NCBI GenBank assembly: GCA_033551855.1
Contig: JAWSUI010000004.1
Coordinates: 32,001-96,000, forward strand
DNA: 64,000 nt
Source of the DNA: Deferrisomatales bacterium
GTDB lineage: Bacteria; Desulfobacterota; Deferrisomatia; Deferrisomatales; JACRMM01
Reading direction: 5' to 3'
In this document: positions 37,672-46,985 of the stretch, piece after piece
How positions within the stretch are numbered: position 1 is the stretch's first letter
Layout of the letters: each line of letters opens with the position of its first letter
Notes under the pieces: model-generated
Told to the model about the DNA's origin: nothing
The model's input: only the letters and a program-made list of their open reading frames with translations
The model's database searches: none
Made by a program: the position numbers and the translations under genes

Positions 37672-38334
37672 TCAGTGGGCTCCGGCGGTCAGCTCCCGGA
37701 TGGAGAAGGCGGTCAGGGCTCCCACGTTGTGGATGTTCAGCTTCCTCATGATGTTCGACTTGTGCTTGTCGGCCGTGCGGGAGCTGATTCCCAGGCGGTC
37801 GCCGATCTCGCGGCTGGTCAGTCCTTCGGCCACCAGAGCCAGGAGCTCCCGCTCCCGGTGCGTCAATTCCCGGAGGGGGGCCGGGACCCCCGGGAGCTCA
37901 CTCTCGGCGGCGAGGTAGACCTCGAGCACTCGGGCCGTCACCTCGGGCCCGAGGTACGGAGACCCCCGGGCAGCCCGAACGACGGCCATCCGGATCTCGT
38001 CGGGATCGGCCTGTTTGAGCACGTAGCCGTCCGCTCCGGCCCGGAAGGCGGCCCGGACGCTCTTGTCGTCGAACTCCTCGGTGAGGATCAGGACCCGCGT
38101 CTCGGTCCTCCGGTCCTTGATCTGTCGGGTCGCTTCGTTCCCATCCATGTCCGACAGCTCGGTTTCCACGAGAGCCACGTCCGGTCCCAGGTCCTCCACC
38201 AGTCGGATCCCCTCTTCCCCGGTCGCGGCCTGCCCGACCACCTCGATCTCCGGGTGGGCATCCAGCAAGATGCTCAGCGCCTCCCGGATCATGCCCCGGG
38301 GGTCGACGATGATGATCCGATGTGCGAGCGCCAA
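37672..38334 (-). CDS. NarL/LuxR family response regulator with atypical receiver
   Basis: GADGYVLK, LTHRERELL.LVAEG..SREIG..LGIS.RT..KHKSNIMRKL; TTG start with GGAGG. Confidence 0.9.
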   Translation of the reverse strand: MALAHRIIIVDPRGMIREALSILLDAHPEIEVVGQAATGEEGIRLVEDLGPDVALVETELSDMDGNEATRQIKDRRTETRVLILTEEFDDKSVRAAFRAGADGYVLKQADPDEIRMAVVRAARGSPYLGPEVTARVLEVYLAAESELPGVPAPLRELTHRERELLALVAEGLTSREIGDRLGISSRTADKHKSNIMRKLNIHNVGALTAFSIRELTAGAH

Positions 38335-38572
38335 GCGCGACCCTCCCCTGCCACCCGTCCGGTCTTCTGCGTGTCCCGCTCTGGATACAAGCTTCACGGC
38401 GTGGCGTCAAGCGGCGATCTGCCTCGATCAGCCGCGTGTGGGTTGCGAACGCGTTCGCACAGGGAAGCCAGGGGTGGGGTCGCGGTCCTTGCGACGGCTG
38501 TCGCACGCCGGCGGCGGGCTGGGGGTGCCTCCGGACGTCTCGGGGGCGCTTCCGCTGGGGGCCCGGAACGGT

Positions 38573-39292
38573 TCAGCGGAGAGATTCGTCCACCAACCTC
38601 CGCAGAAAGTCGCGCAGGAGGTGCAGGTCTGCGAGGCTCAGGTCGAGGAACTGCAAGCCGACGCCGGGGGGGAGATTGGACTTCAGGAGGTATTCCGGGT
38701 GGTTCGCCCAGGCCACGCGGGCAGAGCAGCGCAACGGTTCCCCTCGGTCGGGGAGGTTGATCGACAGGGAGAGCGGGGTGCCGACCTCGAGGGGCTGGGT
38801 GGTCTCCAGGAAGAGCCCCCCCGTGCTGATGTTCACGGAGTAATTGGTCAACTTCTGCCGGCCCTCCCGGGAGGTGTACGAGATCTCCAGCCGCGCGGGG
38901 TAGCGCAGGGCCGGGAAGTCGCCGGCATTCCGAGGTCTGCCGATCACCTCCGCGAGCTTCGTTGGGGTGACGGGCTGGAACACCACGTCGTCACACCCCG
39001 CCGCGCGACAGCGCTCGAGGTCACCGGGCCGTCCGGGCTCGACGACCACGACCACGGGGGTGGAGGCGAGCTCCGGGGTTCCTTTGACCTTGCGGCAAAT
39101 CTCCTCCCCGTCCATGTCCGGCATGGAGAGCTCGGTCAGGATGACGTCCGGCTTGTGCGTGCAGGCGAGGTCGACCAGCTCGCTGCCCGTCGAGGCCTCG
39201 ATCAGCTCATAATCTTCCTGGAGCAGGCTCTTGTCGTCGAAGAGGCGCCCGAGGGCCAGGTCCTTCATGCACAACACCTGATTCCGTTTCAT
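38573..39292 (-). CDS. Atypical receiver + PilZ (TIGR02266-like) domain protein
   Basis: PDVILTELSMPDMDG...AGCD; RYPAR and NISTGGLF, GVGLQF. Confidence 0.85.
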   Translation of the reverse strand: MKRNQVLCMKDLALGRLFDDKSLLQEDYELIEASTGSELVDLACTHKPDVILTELSMPDMDGEEICRKVKGTPELASTPVVVVVEPGRPGDLERCRAAGCDDVVFQPVTPTKLAEVIGRPRNAGDFPALRYPARLEISYTSREGRQKLTNYSVNISTGGLFLETTQPLEVGTPLSLSINLPDRGEPLRCSARVAWANHPEYLLKSNLPPGVGLQFLDLSLADLHLLRDFLRRLVDESLR

Positions 39293-39343
39293 CGATGGAC
39301 GCCCCTGTGGTGGTAGTGGCCGTTCTGATCCGCGGCTCTATCC

Positions 39344-39371
39344 GTATCGGCACGTTCCACGGGCTACCTTA
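39344..39371 (-). promoter_or_regulatory. Putative sigma-28 (FliA)-type promoter
   Basis: Minus strand TAAG-N16-GCCGATAC ~50 bp upstream of the PilZ gene. Confidence 0.45.
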
Positions 39372-39381
39372 CAAGAAAATT

Positions 39382-39590
39382 GGATCATCCGGGGAATGAC
39401 CGGGCGCTCGTGTCCAGGGACGATCGGGGCGGCCCGACCACGTAGGCGGACGGCCGCTCGACGTGAACAGCCCCTTCGGGAGTCGCGATGCCGCGAGGAT
39501 TCCGGATGCGGCCGGGGAGAACACCTGCCGTGCAGCCCGGCATCGTCTGCCGGGGTGGGCGGGCCCACCCGGTCGTCTGCCGGAAGAACC
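39382..39590 (-). repeat. Dispersed element family B, copy 2 (209 bp)
   Basis: Reverse complement aligns end to end with 15019-15227. Confidence 0.88.
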
Positions 39591-39810
39591 AGGAAATTGC
39601 CTGGCGCCCCGCGTCGCGCGCTGCCCGGAAGCACCCCGGCCGCACGGGATCCGCGTGTGTTCTCGGGTACTTCTCGCCCCTGCCGCGCCTCCTGGCCGGC
39701 GGCGAAGGCCAAGGAGGACGGAACCCCCCGCCTCCCATGGGTTGCCGACTTCCTCGGGGGGTCGGATACTTCGCACCTCCACGGAAGCCTGCCGACTGGG
39801 AGGAAGGGAC

Positions 39811-41193
39811 GTGAACGTGCGCTTTCTGGGGGCGGCCGGAACGGTGACGGGAAGCTGCTCCCACCTCAGTGCGGGGGGGCTGCAGCTTCTGGTGGACTGC
39901 GGCCTCCACCAGGGCCCGGGGGCCGACGAGGCAAACCGCACGCCGTTTGCGTTCCCGCCGCCGGCTCTCGACGTCGTCTTCCTCACCCACGCCCACATCG
40001 ACCACTCGGGCCTCCTGCCCCGGCTCGTCCGGGAGGGGTTCCGAGGCAGGATTCTCGCCACCGCCGCTACCGCCGACCTCGTGGAGGTCATGCTCCGGGA
40101 CTCCGCCCAGATCCAGGAAAAGGATGCCGAGTGGCTCACCCGTCGGGCACAAAGGGCCGGCGACGAAACCCGGCGCGAGCCCCTGTACACCCCGGCGGAC
40201 GCGGAAGCCGTCGTTCCCCTCGTCCGAAGACAGCCCTACGGGCAGGTCACCCCGCTCGGCGGCGGTCTCGAGTGCCGCTTCCTGGACGCGGGGCACATCC
40301 TGGGGTCGGCGTCCCTCGAGCTCTGGTACCCGCACCAGCGGGGGAAGCGGAAGATGGTCTTCTCGGGGGACGTGGGCAAGCGCGACAACCCCATCGTCCG
40401 GAACCCCCAGACCGTGGACGCGGCCGACTACGTGGTGGTGGAGTCGACCTACGGCGACCGGCTCCACAAGGGCCTCGCCGAGAGCATCGACGAGCTGGCC
40501 GAGGCGGTGCGCGACACCGTGGCCCGCGGCGGCAACGTGCTCATCCCCTCCTTTGCCGTAGGGCGGACCCAGGACGTCGTGTACCTGCTCAACCGCCTAG
40601 TCCGGGAGGGGCGGCTCCCCCGGTTCGACCTCTACGTGGACAGCCCCCTCGCCCAGGAGGCCACCCGGGTCTATCTCGCCCACCCGGAGGCCTTCGACGA
40701 GGAGGCGCAGGCGCTGCTGCGCCGGCGGACCACCCGGGGACTCCGGCTCCACTTCACGACCACGGTGCGGCAGTCCCAGGCGCTCAACCGGGTCCGTTCG
40801 GGGGCGGTCATCCTGGCGGGCAGTGGCATGTGCGAGGGGGGCCGGATCGGGCACCACCTGAAGCACAACCTCTGGCGCCCGGAGTGCAGTGTGATCTTCG
40901 TCGGCTACCAGGCCGAGGGCACTCTGGGCAGGAAGATCGTGGAGGGCGCCCCATTGGTGCAGATCCTCGGGGAGGACATCGCGGTCCGCGCCGAGGTGCA
41001 CACCATCGGGGGGTTCTCCGCCCACGCCGACCGAGAGGAGCTCCTCGACTGGCTCGACGCCTTCACCACGAGCCCCGAGGTCTTCCTCGTGCACGGGGAG
41101 CCCAGGGCCGCGGCCGCCCTCGAGGACGCGATCCGCCGGCGCCTGGGGCTCGTCACGCAGCGTCCCGAGAGGGGGCAGGCGTTCGAGGTTTGA
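39811..41193 (+). CDS. MBL-fold beta-CASP metallo-hydrolase (RNA-processing, YSH1-like)
   Basis: VTGSC, THAHIDHSG, AGHILGS, FSGD, ESTYG, FAVGRTQ, SGMCEGG, FSAHAD, LVHGE. Confidence 0.94.
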   Translation: MNVRFLGAAGTVTGSCSHLSAGGLQLLVDCGLHQGPGADEANRTPFAFPPPALDVVFLTHAHIDHSGLLPRLVREGFRGRILATAATADLVEVMLRDSAQIQEKDAEWLTRRAQRAGDETRREPLYTPADAEAVVPLVRRQPYGQVTPLGGGLECRFLDAGHILGSASLELWYPHQRGKRKMVFSGDVGKRDNPIVRNPQTVDAADYVVVESTYGDRLHKGLAESIDELAEAVRDTVARGGNVLIPSFAVGRTQDVVYLLNRLVREGRLPRFDLYVDSPLAQEATRVYLAHPEAFDEEAQALLRRRTTRGLRLHFTTTVRQSQALNRVRSGAVILAGSGMCEGGRIGHHLKHNLWRPECSVIFVGYQAEGTLGRKIVEGAPLVQILGEDIAVRAEVHTIGGFSAHADREELLDWLDAFTTSPEVFLVHGEPRAAAALEDAIRRRLGLVTQRPERGQAFEV

Positions 41194-41297
41194 CAGACAG
41201 GCGGGGGTGTGGGGTGCACCGGTTTTCGAGAAGGCAGGTCCTCAGCGGCGCAGGAAACGGTACGGGGCGCCGGGCAGAGGGAGGCGACGGGGGGCAG

Positions 41298-41329
41298 AAA
41301 AGAAAAAAGCACCCGGATTTCGGGCGCTT
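41298..41329 (-). terminator. Intrinsic terminator after tRNA-Sec
   Basis: Minus strand AAGCGCCCG-aaatc-CGGGTGCTTTTTTCTTTT. Confidence 0.75.
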
Positions 41330-41339
41330 GCAAGTGCGA

Positions 41340-41437
41340 TGGCGGAGGTGTATGGGAATCGAACCCACCTACGACGCTGTTCACGCCGCACACCGGATTT
41401 GAAGTCCGGGAGAGCCACCAGTGCCCTAGACACCTCC
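41340..41437 (-). tRNA. selC: tRNA-Sec (anticodon UCA)
   Basis: GGAGGTGT 8-bp acceptor; CCGGAC-TTCAA-ATCCGG anticodon arm; long variable arm; GGTTCGATTCC; GCCA end. Confidence 0.96.
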
Positions 41438-41444
41438 GCCGCGC

Positions 41445-41474
41445 ATTCTAGACGGCGGGTTCGCCGGGCGTCAA
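41445..41474 (-). promoter_or_regulatory. Sigma-70 promoter of selC
   Basis: Minus strand TTGACG-N18-TAGAAT just upstream of the tRNA. Confidence 0.65.
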
Positions 41475-41590
41475 TGCGTGGCAGAGCGAGACACGCCGTC
41501 CCTTGTGCGCTCCCCTTCCGGTTGAAGCCCATGCCGGGCCGGGGGTAGGCTGCCGGGGCACGATCGCGACCGTCGGGCGTCGAGGGAACG

Positions 41591-42214
41591 ATGCCGCCTT
41601 GGATGCAGGTTTTTCTGGGTTTTGCCGCCTACGCCGCCGTCCACTCCGCCCTGCTCACCCGAGGGGCGCGGCGGGCGCTCGAGGCCGTCCTGGGGGCCCG
41701 GGCGTTCCAGGGGCTCTTCCGGGTCCTGTTCAACGTCCAGGCTGTCGCTCTGCTTGCCGCCTTTGCGGCCTGGGCCGTCTCGCTGCCGGACCGCGAGCTG
41801 CTCCGGGTGGGCGGGGCCGGCGCGGCCCTCTTGTGGGGCGTTCGCCTCGCCGCACTGGGGTTCATCGCCCGCTGCGCCTCGTCCCTCGGGGTGTCGGGGT
41901 TCCTGGGGCTCGACGACCTGCGGGCCTGGCGGGCGGGACGGCCGCCGCCTGGGGACGGAGTGGAGAGCGGCACCCTCGTCCTCGACGGCCCGTACCGCTG
42001 GGTGCGCCACCCCATGTACGCGGCGGGCTTCGTCGCCCTCTGGGCCGCACCCCGCTGGACGGCCAACGGTCTCGCCTTCGCCGTGGCGGCGAGCCTGTAC
42101 CTGTGGATCGGCTCCCTCCACGAGGAGAGGCGGCTGGTGAGCTATTACGGGGAGGGCTACCGGCGGTACGCTCGGGAGACGCCCCGGTTCGTGCCCCGGT
42201 GGAAGGGTCGATGA
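41591..42214 (+). CDS. Isoprenylcysteine carboxylmethyltransferase/NnrU-like membrane protein
   Basis: VHSALL, GPYRWVRHPMY, YLWIG..HEERRL...GE.Y..Y....PRFVP. Confidence 0.88.
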   Translation: MPPWMQVFLGFAAYAAVHSALLTRGARRALEAVLGARAFQGLFRVLFNVQAVALLAAFAAWAVSLPDRELLRVGGAGAALLWGVRLAALGFIARCASSLGVSGFLGLDDLRAWRAGRPPPGDGVESGTLVLDGPYRWVRHPMYAAGFVALWAAPRWTANGLAFAVAASLYLWIGSLHEERRLVSYYGEGYRRYARETPRFVPRWKGR

Positions 42215-42294
42215 CCCGGGGCGCCGCCGCTCGCCCCGCCCGCGAACCGGCCGGACGGAGGAGCCCGGCCCCCTGGAATCCGCTCGTCGCAGTG

Positions 42295-42361
42295 TCGCGG
42301 ATCGAGAGGCGAAACGCAGGGGCTCCCGGACCCCGCTTGCCGAGCAGGCGGGGGATCCGGG
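42295..42361 (-). repeat. Family A element, partial (closest to copy 2)
   Basis: Reverse complement caagcggggtccgggagcccctgcgtttcgcc matches 8491-8522. Confidence 0.65.
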
Positions 42362-42473
42362 GCCCCCCGGGCGCTTGACTTCACCTCCGCCTCTGATAGG
42401 CTGGCGCCCTCCGGGTGGGCCCCCGATCGCTGCGGGCTTTCGGCACCCGGCACATACCTCTTGGGGAGGGCAG

Positions 42474-43037
42474 ATGTTCAATTTCGCGGTGTACCGGAAG
42501 TTCGTGACCCTCAACAACGGGAAGAGGGTGCTCTTGCGGCCCTTGCTGGCCGAGGACCAACAGCGCCTCTTCGATCTCTTCGCCAGCGCCTCGGAGGAGG
42601 ACACGAAGTTCCTCAAGGACGAAGTGAAGAAGCCCCAGATCGTGGAGCGCTGGATCGCCCACCTGGACTACGACCGGGTGATGCCCCTCGTGGCGTACTG
42701 CGACGAGCGGCTCGTGGGGGACGTGGCGCTGTATCGGGGCACCAAGACCGTTCGCCACGTGGGCGAGATCCGCATCTTCCTGGCCTCGGATTTCCGCGGC
42801 GTGGGGCTGGGAAGCAAGATGCTCCAGGAGACCTTCGAGATCGCGAAGAAGGTCAATCTGCAGTTCCTCAAGGCCGAGGTGATCCTGGACCACGTGAAGG
42901 TGGTCAAGGCCTTCCGGCGGCTGGGGTTCGATCTCCGGTGCACCCTGGACGACTACTTCCTGCGCCGGGACGGAGTTAGCCACGACATCGCCCTCATGAT
43001 GAAGCGCCTGACGAAGCCCGAGGAGTACACGTTCTGA
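42474..43037 (+). CDS. GNAT family N-acetyltransferase
   Basis: VLLRPL..ED, HVGEIRI, DFRGVGLG, AFRRLGF; GGAGG RBS. Confidence 0.88.
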   Translation: MFNFAVYRKFVTLNNGKRVLLRPLLAEDQQRLFDLFASASEEDTKFLKDEVKKPQIVERWIAHLDYDRVMPLVAYCDERLVGDVALYRGTKTVRHVGEIRIFLASDFRGVGLGSKMLQETFEIAKKVNLQFLKAEVILDHVKVVKAFRRLGFDLRCTLDDYFLRRDGVSHDIALMMKRLTKPEEYTF

Positions 43038-43054
43038 CCCCGACGGGACGCCCC

Positions 43055-43270
43055 GTGACCGAGGTGGCGATCCGCACCGATTTCATCCGGTTGGACCAGT
43101 TCCTCAAGCTCGCCGAGGCCGTCGCCGGGGGCGGGGAGGCCAAGGTGCGGGTGCAGGCGGGCGACGTCCAGGTCAACGGCGAGGTCGAGACCCGCCGGGG
43201 GAGAAAGCTCCGGCCGGGGGACGAGGTGGTCCTCGACGGCCGGCCCTTACGGGTGAGCCCGGGGCGCTGA
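43055..43270 (+). CDS. S4-domain RNA-binding protein (YaaA-like)
   Basis: IRLDQFLKLA..GGEAK...VNGEVETRRGRKL.PGD. Confidence 0.93.
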   Translation: MTEVAIRTDFIRLDQFLKLAEAVAGGGEAKVRVQAGDVQVNGEVETRRGRKLRPGDEVVLDGRPLRVSPGR

Positions 43271-43435
43271 CGGGCGTCGCCCGGAGGGCGTCACAGTGAA
43301 ACTCGCCCCCTCCCGGGTCTCCCCAACGTCGCAGGACGGGGCTTGCCCCGCCGGACCCGGCGGGCAAACCGCGGGCCGCAGGAACCGGCCGCCCTACCCA
43401 TCTAGCCTGCGGAGCCACCCGACGTCATGGGCGAC

Positions 43436-43765
43436 TCACTCCCCCGACACCTTGCCCCTCCCGGACTTCACCTCGGCGTGCCGCTTCTTGGCCAGGAGCC
43501 TGCGCTCCTGGGAGGCCCGCGTGGCCCGCGTGGCGATGCGGCGCTTCTTCTTTCGGTTCCGGCGGGCCAGGGCGTCGATGAGGCGTTCCAGGGCTGCGGC
43601 CCGGTTGTCGGCCTGGGACCGGCGTTCGGTGGCGCTGACCACGATCCCGGTCGGGAGGTGTCGGATCCGCACCCCCGTCTCCCGGCGGTTTCGGTGCTGC
43701 CCCCCCGGGCCCGACGCCCGGAAGAAGGTGATCTCCAGGTCCTCTTCCCGCAGGGCTTCGCTCAT
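43436..43765 (-). CDS. arfB: Short ArfB/YaeJ-like peptidyl-tRNA hydrolase (GGQ)
   Basis: FRASGPGGQH.N, RSQADNR, basic tail RIATRATRASQERRL..KK...K..R. Confidence 0.85.
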   Translation of the reverse strand: MSEALREEDLEITFFRASGPGGQHRNRRETGVRIRHLPTGIVVSATERRSQADNRAAALERLIDALARRNRKKKRRIATRATRASQERRLLAKKRHAEVKSGRGKVSGE

Positions 43766-44118
43766 CCCTTCACCCCGTAGCCCCGGCCGGCCAGCAGCGG
43801 GCGCAGGCGGTCGCGGTGCTCCCCCTGGAGCTCGGCCTCGGCCCCCTTGAGGGTGCCGCCGGTGCCGCAGAGGCCCTTGAGCTCGCCGAGGAGGGCCTTC
43901 AGCTCCGCCGGCGGGAGCGCCTCTGCGGCGAGCACGGTGACCGGCTTGCCCCGGCGCTTTTCCATCCGCAGGCGGATCGTGGGTTTCCCGGCCGGGGCCG
44001 AGGAGGGCATAGGTGAGGCGCACCGGCAGCGGTCCCCGGGGTGACCGCACCGGGCGCACGCTTCCACGAGGGACCACCCCTGCCCACCGGATCGGCCGAG
44101 CCGCCGCGGCACGGTCAT
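43762..44118 (-). CDS. yciH: SUI1/YciH family translation factor
   Basis: RRGKPVT, LK..CGTGGT, ELQGEHR; N-terminal CxxC-CxC. Confidence 0.9.
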   Translation of the reverse strand: MTVPRRLGRSGGQGWSLVEACARCGHPGDRCRCASPMPSSAPAGKPTIRLRMEKRRGKPVTVLAAEALPPAELKALLGELKGLCGTGGTLKGAEAELQGEHRDRLRPLLAGRGYGVKG

Positions 44119-44690
44119 GATCCCGCCGCCCCTTCCCGCGGTTCCCAGAGGACCCGGGCCGGGGCGCCGTCCCCCGCACCGACCGCGAGGGGGAGGCAGT
44201 AGAGGGTCCCCTCTCCCCGGGGCACGCCCGCGAGACGCAGGTTTTCCACGAGGGCAACGCCCGCGCCCAGAAGCGCCCGGTGACAGGGGAGGTCCCGGGA
44301 GTCCACGAGATCGACGCTCGGGCCTTCCACCCCCACCAGCCTCACGCCGCTGGCTGCGAGCGCCCGGGCCCATGTCAGGGTAAGACCGTCCGGGCAGCCG
44401 GCGAGGAGCAGCCGCTCCGCTCCCAGGGGCGGCCCCCCCAAGTCTCCGGCGTCGAGGAGCACGGCCGGGCCCACCCATAGCTCCAGGGGCAGGGTGTCGA
44501 TGGTGCTTCCGTTCGGCAGGAGGTGCGCCGGGGCGTCCACATGGGTGCCCGAGTGGGTCCCGAGTTCCAGGCGGGTGGTCCGGAACCCGTCGGCGTCCAG
44601 GGTGGCGTTGGTGCGCGCGCGCACCGGCTCGTCCCCCGGAAACACCGGGGTTTCGGGGCCGAGGGGGTGGGTGAGGTCGAAGAGGCGCAT
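44115..44690 (-). CDS. Cyclase family (kynurenine formamidase-like) protein
   Basis: DLTHPL, FPGD, HSGTHVDAPAH, ENL, DGAPAR. Confidence 0.9.
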   Translation of the reverse strand: MRLFDLTHPLGPETPVFPGDEPVRARTNATLDADGFRTTRLELGTHSGTHVDAPAHLLPNGSTIDTLPLELWVGPAVLLDAGDLGGPPLGAERLLLAGCPDGLTLTWARALAASGVRLVGVEGPSVDLVDSRDLPCHRALLGAGVALVENLRLAGVPRGEGTLYCLPLAVGAGDGAPARVLWEPREGAAGS

Positions 44691-44871
44691 GGGGTCCCGA
44701 GAGTGGATCGGTTCGAGAGGGCCCCATCGTACACGAACCCCAGGCCGGCCTCCATGTTGCTTCCGCCTTGGTCCCGGAACCAGGAAAACCAGACCGGATT
44801 TCGCCTTCTCAAGCCCTTCGGCCGCCCCTATACTCGGGCCGTCCCGCTCTCCCGATTCTCCGGGGCCGGCC

Positions 44872-45240
44872 ATGGGCAATCTACTCGCTCTCGTTCTGGG
44901 CGCCGCCATTGGGGCCTGGGGCCGCTACGCCCTGGCCGGGTGGGTGTCCCGCGCCGCCGAGACGGCCTTCCCCTGGGGGACCCTTGTGGTAAACCTCGCC
45001 GGGTGCCTGGCGATCGGGCTGACGTGGGGCCTGGGGGAGCGGCTCTTGTGGCCGCCCGCCTTCCGGGTCTTTCTTTTCGTCGGGGTGCTGGGTTCCTTCA
45101 CGACGTTCAGCACGTTCGGGCTGGAGACCCTGCACCTGCTCCGCGCCGCCGAGTACGGCCGGGCGGCGTGGTACGTGCTGGGGTCGAACCTGGGGGGCCT
45201 TGGCTTGGTCTGGTTGGGGATGGCCGTGACCCGCGGGTGA
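44872..45240 (+). CDS. crcB: Fluoride efflux channel Fluc/CrcB
   Basis: GAAIGAWGRY, FPWGTL.VN..GC, GSFTTFSTF. Confidence 0.95.
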   Translation: MGNLLALVLGAAIGAWGRYALAGWVSRAAETAFPWGTLVVNLAGCLAIGLTWGLGERLLWPPAFRVFLFVGVLGSFTTFSTFGLETLHLLRAAEYGRAAWYVLGSNLGGLGLVWLGMAVTRG

Positions 45241-45269
45241 CCGGCGGGTCAACGGGAGGAGGCGATGGG

Positions 45270-45608
45270 ATGACCCTGCCCGAAGAAGGGATGCTGTTGC
45301 GGGTCTTCGTCGGCGAGGCCGACCGCTGGGAGGGGAGGCCCCTCTATGAGGCGGTGGTGCTCAAAGCCCGGGAGGCCGGTCTCGCCGGCGCCACGGTGCT
45401 GCGGGGGCTCATGGGGTACGGGGCGCACAGTCGCCTGCACACGGCCAAAGTGCTCCGGCTGTCCGAGGACCTGCCCATCGTCGTGGAGGTCGTCGACACC
45501 GAGGAGAAGCTCACGGCGTTCCTGCCCTGGCTGGACCGGGCAGTCGGAGAGGGGATGGTGACCCTGGAGCGGGTCCGTGTCCTGCGGTACCGTTCCCGGG
45601 AGGGGTGA
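45270..45608 (+). CDS. DUF190 (PII-like) protein
   Basis: LRVFVGE.D, GLAGATVLRG..GYG, LSEDLPIVVEVVD; usual crcB neighbour. Confidence 0.92.
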   Translation: MTLPEEGMLLRVFVGEADRWEGRPLYEAVVLKAREAGLAGATVLRGLMGYGAHSRLHTAKVLRLSEDLPIVVEVVDTEEKLTAFLPWLDRAVGEGMVTLERVRVLRYRSREG

Positions 45609-45612
45609 GGGC

Positions 45613-46821
45613 TCAGCCGCGGCCCGCCAGGCGGCGCAGCTCAAAGAGCACCTGGTGGCAGAGCCGCTCCCGCTCCGCCTGGCCGCCGTAGGCGAGTGGG
45701 AGCGCACGGGCGAAGGAGCCCGCCGGCGTCCACACCCCGGCCCACCCTTGCCCCTCCCCCGTGCCCGGCTCCACCTCGGACCGGAGGCACGCCGCGACCC
45801 CCGCCGATGCCCCGTGCGCCTCGGCGGCGCGCCGGGCGAGGGCCTGGACCCCTCGGGCCGCCGCCCCTTCTCCCCGGGGCTTTCCCGCCCAGTCCCGCAC
45901 GGCCGAGGGCGGGAGGACGGTGCCTCCGCGGTAGGCCGGGTTTTCTGCGTCCCGGAGCCACTGGGCCAGTGTTCCCGCCGTGAACCCCTCGGCGGACGCA
46001 ACGGTCCACCCCGCGGCGGCGGCTGCGGTCAGGGCGACCCGGGGGTGAGTGTCCTCGTCGGCACCGCAGAGGTACTTGGCCAGGCGGGCCCGGACCAGGG
46101 CTTCCGCCCCGGCGAGGAGGGCGCGGGCCTCGCCTTCGGCCGTCGCCCGGGCCGTCAGGACGACCCGTACCTCTCCCGGTGAAGACAGGGTTCCCACGTA
46201 AGGGTTTTTGCCGGGGCCCATGAGGTCGACGATCGCCTCGCCGGCTCGACTCTCCCCGATCCCGGAGAACCGGAGCACCCGGGTCAGCACGGTGCCGAGC
46301 CCAAGGCGCGCACGCAGGCGCGGCACCACCCAGGTGTCAAGCAGGTGGCGCAGCTCCCGGGGCACACCGGGCAAGGCGACGAGGTACGCGGCGCCGATCT
46401 CCAGGGCGAAGCCCGGGGCAGTGCCCACGGGGTTGGGAATGGGCTCTGCCCCCGCCGGCACGAGGGCCTGGACCCGGTTGGAGGGGGACATCTCCCGGCC
46501 GAAGCGCCGGAACGCGTCCCGGATGTCTTCCAGGAGCTCGGGCCGCAGCTCCAGCTCCCGCTTCGTCACCCGGGCGACCGCGTGGCGGGTGCGGTCGTCC
46601 TCGGTGGGCCCGAGGCCCCCGGCCACCAAGACGACGGCGCTGCGGGAGGCGGCAGCCGAGAGGGCGGCCTCGAGCTCGGCGTCCTCGTCGCCGACCACCG
46701 TGGTGTAGCGCAGGGGGCAGCCCAGGGCCGCCAGTCGGCGGGCGAAATCGGGGCCGTTGGTGTCGGCGGCCCCCAGCAGGAGCTCGCTTCCCACGATCAC
46801 CGCTTCTGATCGGCAGTCCAC
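45613..46821 (-). CDS. cinA: CinA-like protein (MoCF/COG1058 domain + degenerate PncC domain)
   Basis: VGSELL.G..DTN, VGD, GGLGPTEDDRT, NPVGTAPG, LPGVP.E, GIGES. Confidence 0.88.
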   Translation of the reverse strand: MDCRSEAVIVGSELLLGAADTNGPDFARRLAALGCPLRYTTVVGDEDAELEAALSAAASRSAVVLVAGGLGPTEDDRTRHAVARVTKRELELRPELLEDIRDAFRRFGREMSPSNRVQALVPAGAEPIPNPVGTAPGFALEIGAAYLVALPGVPRELRHLLDTWVVPRLRARLGLGTVLTRVLRFSGIGESRAGEAIVDLMGPGKNPYVGTLSSPGEVRVVLTARATAEGEARALLAGAEALVRARLAKYLCGADEDTHPRVALTAAAAAGWTVASAEGFTAGTLAQWLRDAENPAYRGGTVLPPSAVRDWAGKPRGEGAAARGVQALARRAAEAHGASAGVAACLRSEVEPGTGEGQGWAGVWTPAGSFARALPLAYGGQAERERLCHQVLFELRRLAGRG

Positions 46822-46899
46822 CGTCCCTCCTCTCGCCGGGAATGTACGGCACGCAATCATACCAGCCGCCGCACGCCGGGAAAGAGTGCGCAGGCTCCA

Positions 46900-46985
46900 C
46901 CGGAATCCCCCGTCTTCCACGTCCTCGGAGCCGGAGAGCCCCTCCGCTCCGCCCCGCAATCCCCGGCCCTTCGAAGAGACGACCC
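46900..46985 (+). repeat. Family A element, left half
   Basis: gagcccctccgctccgccccgcaatcc...ttcgaag nearly identical to copy 1. Confidence 0.72.

Noticed and set aside
44690..44872. Fluoride riboswitch upstream of crcB
   Set aside because: No GGCGATGG...CTGATG-type consensus seen; the GGCGATGG at 45261 is part of the RBS/start region of DUF190
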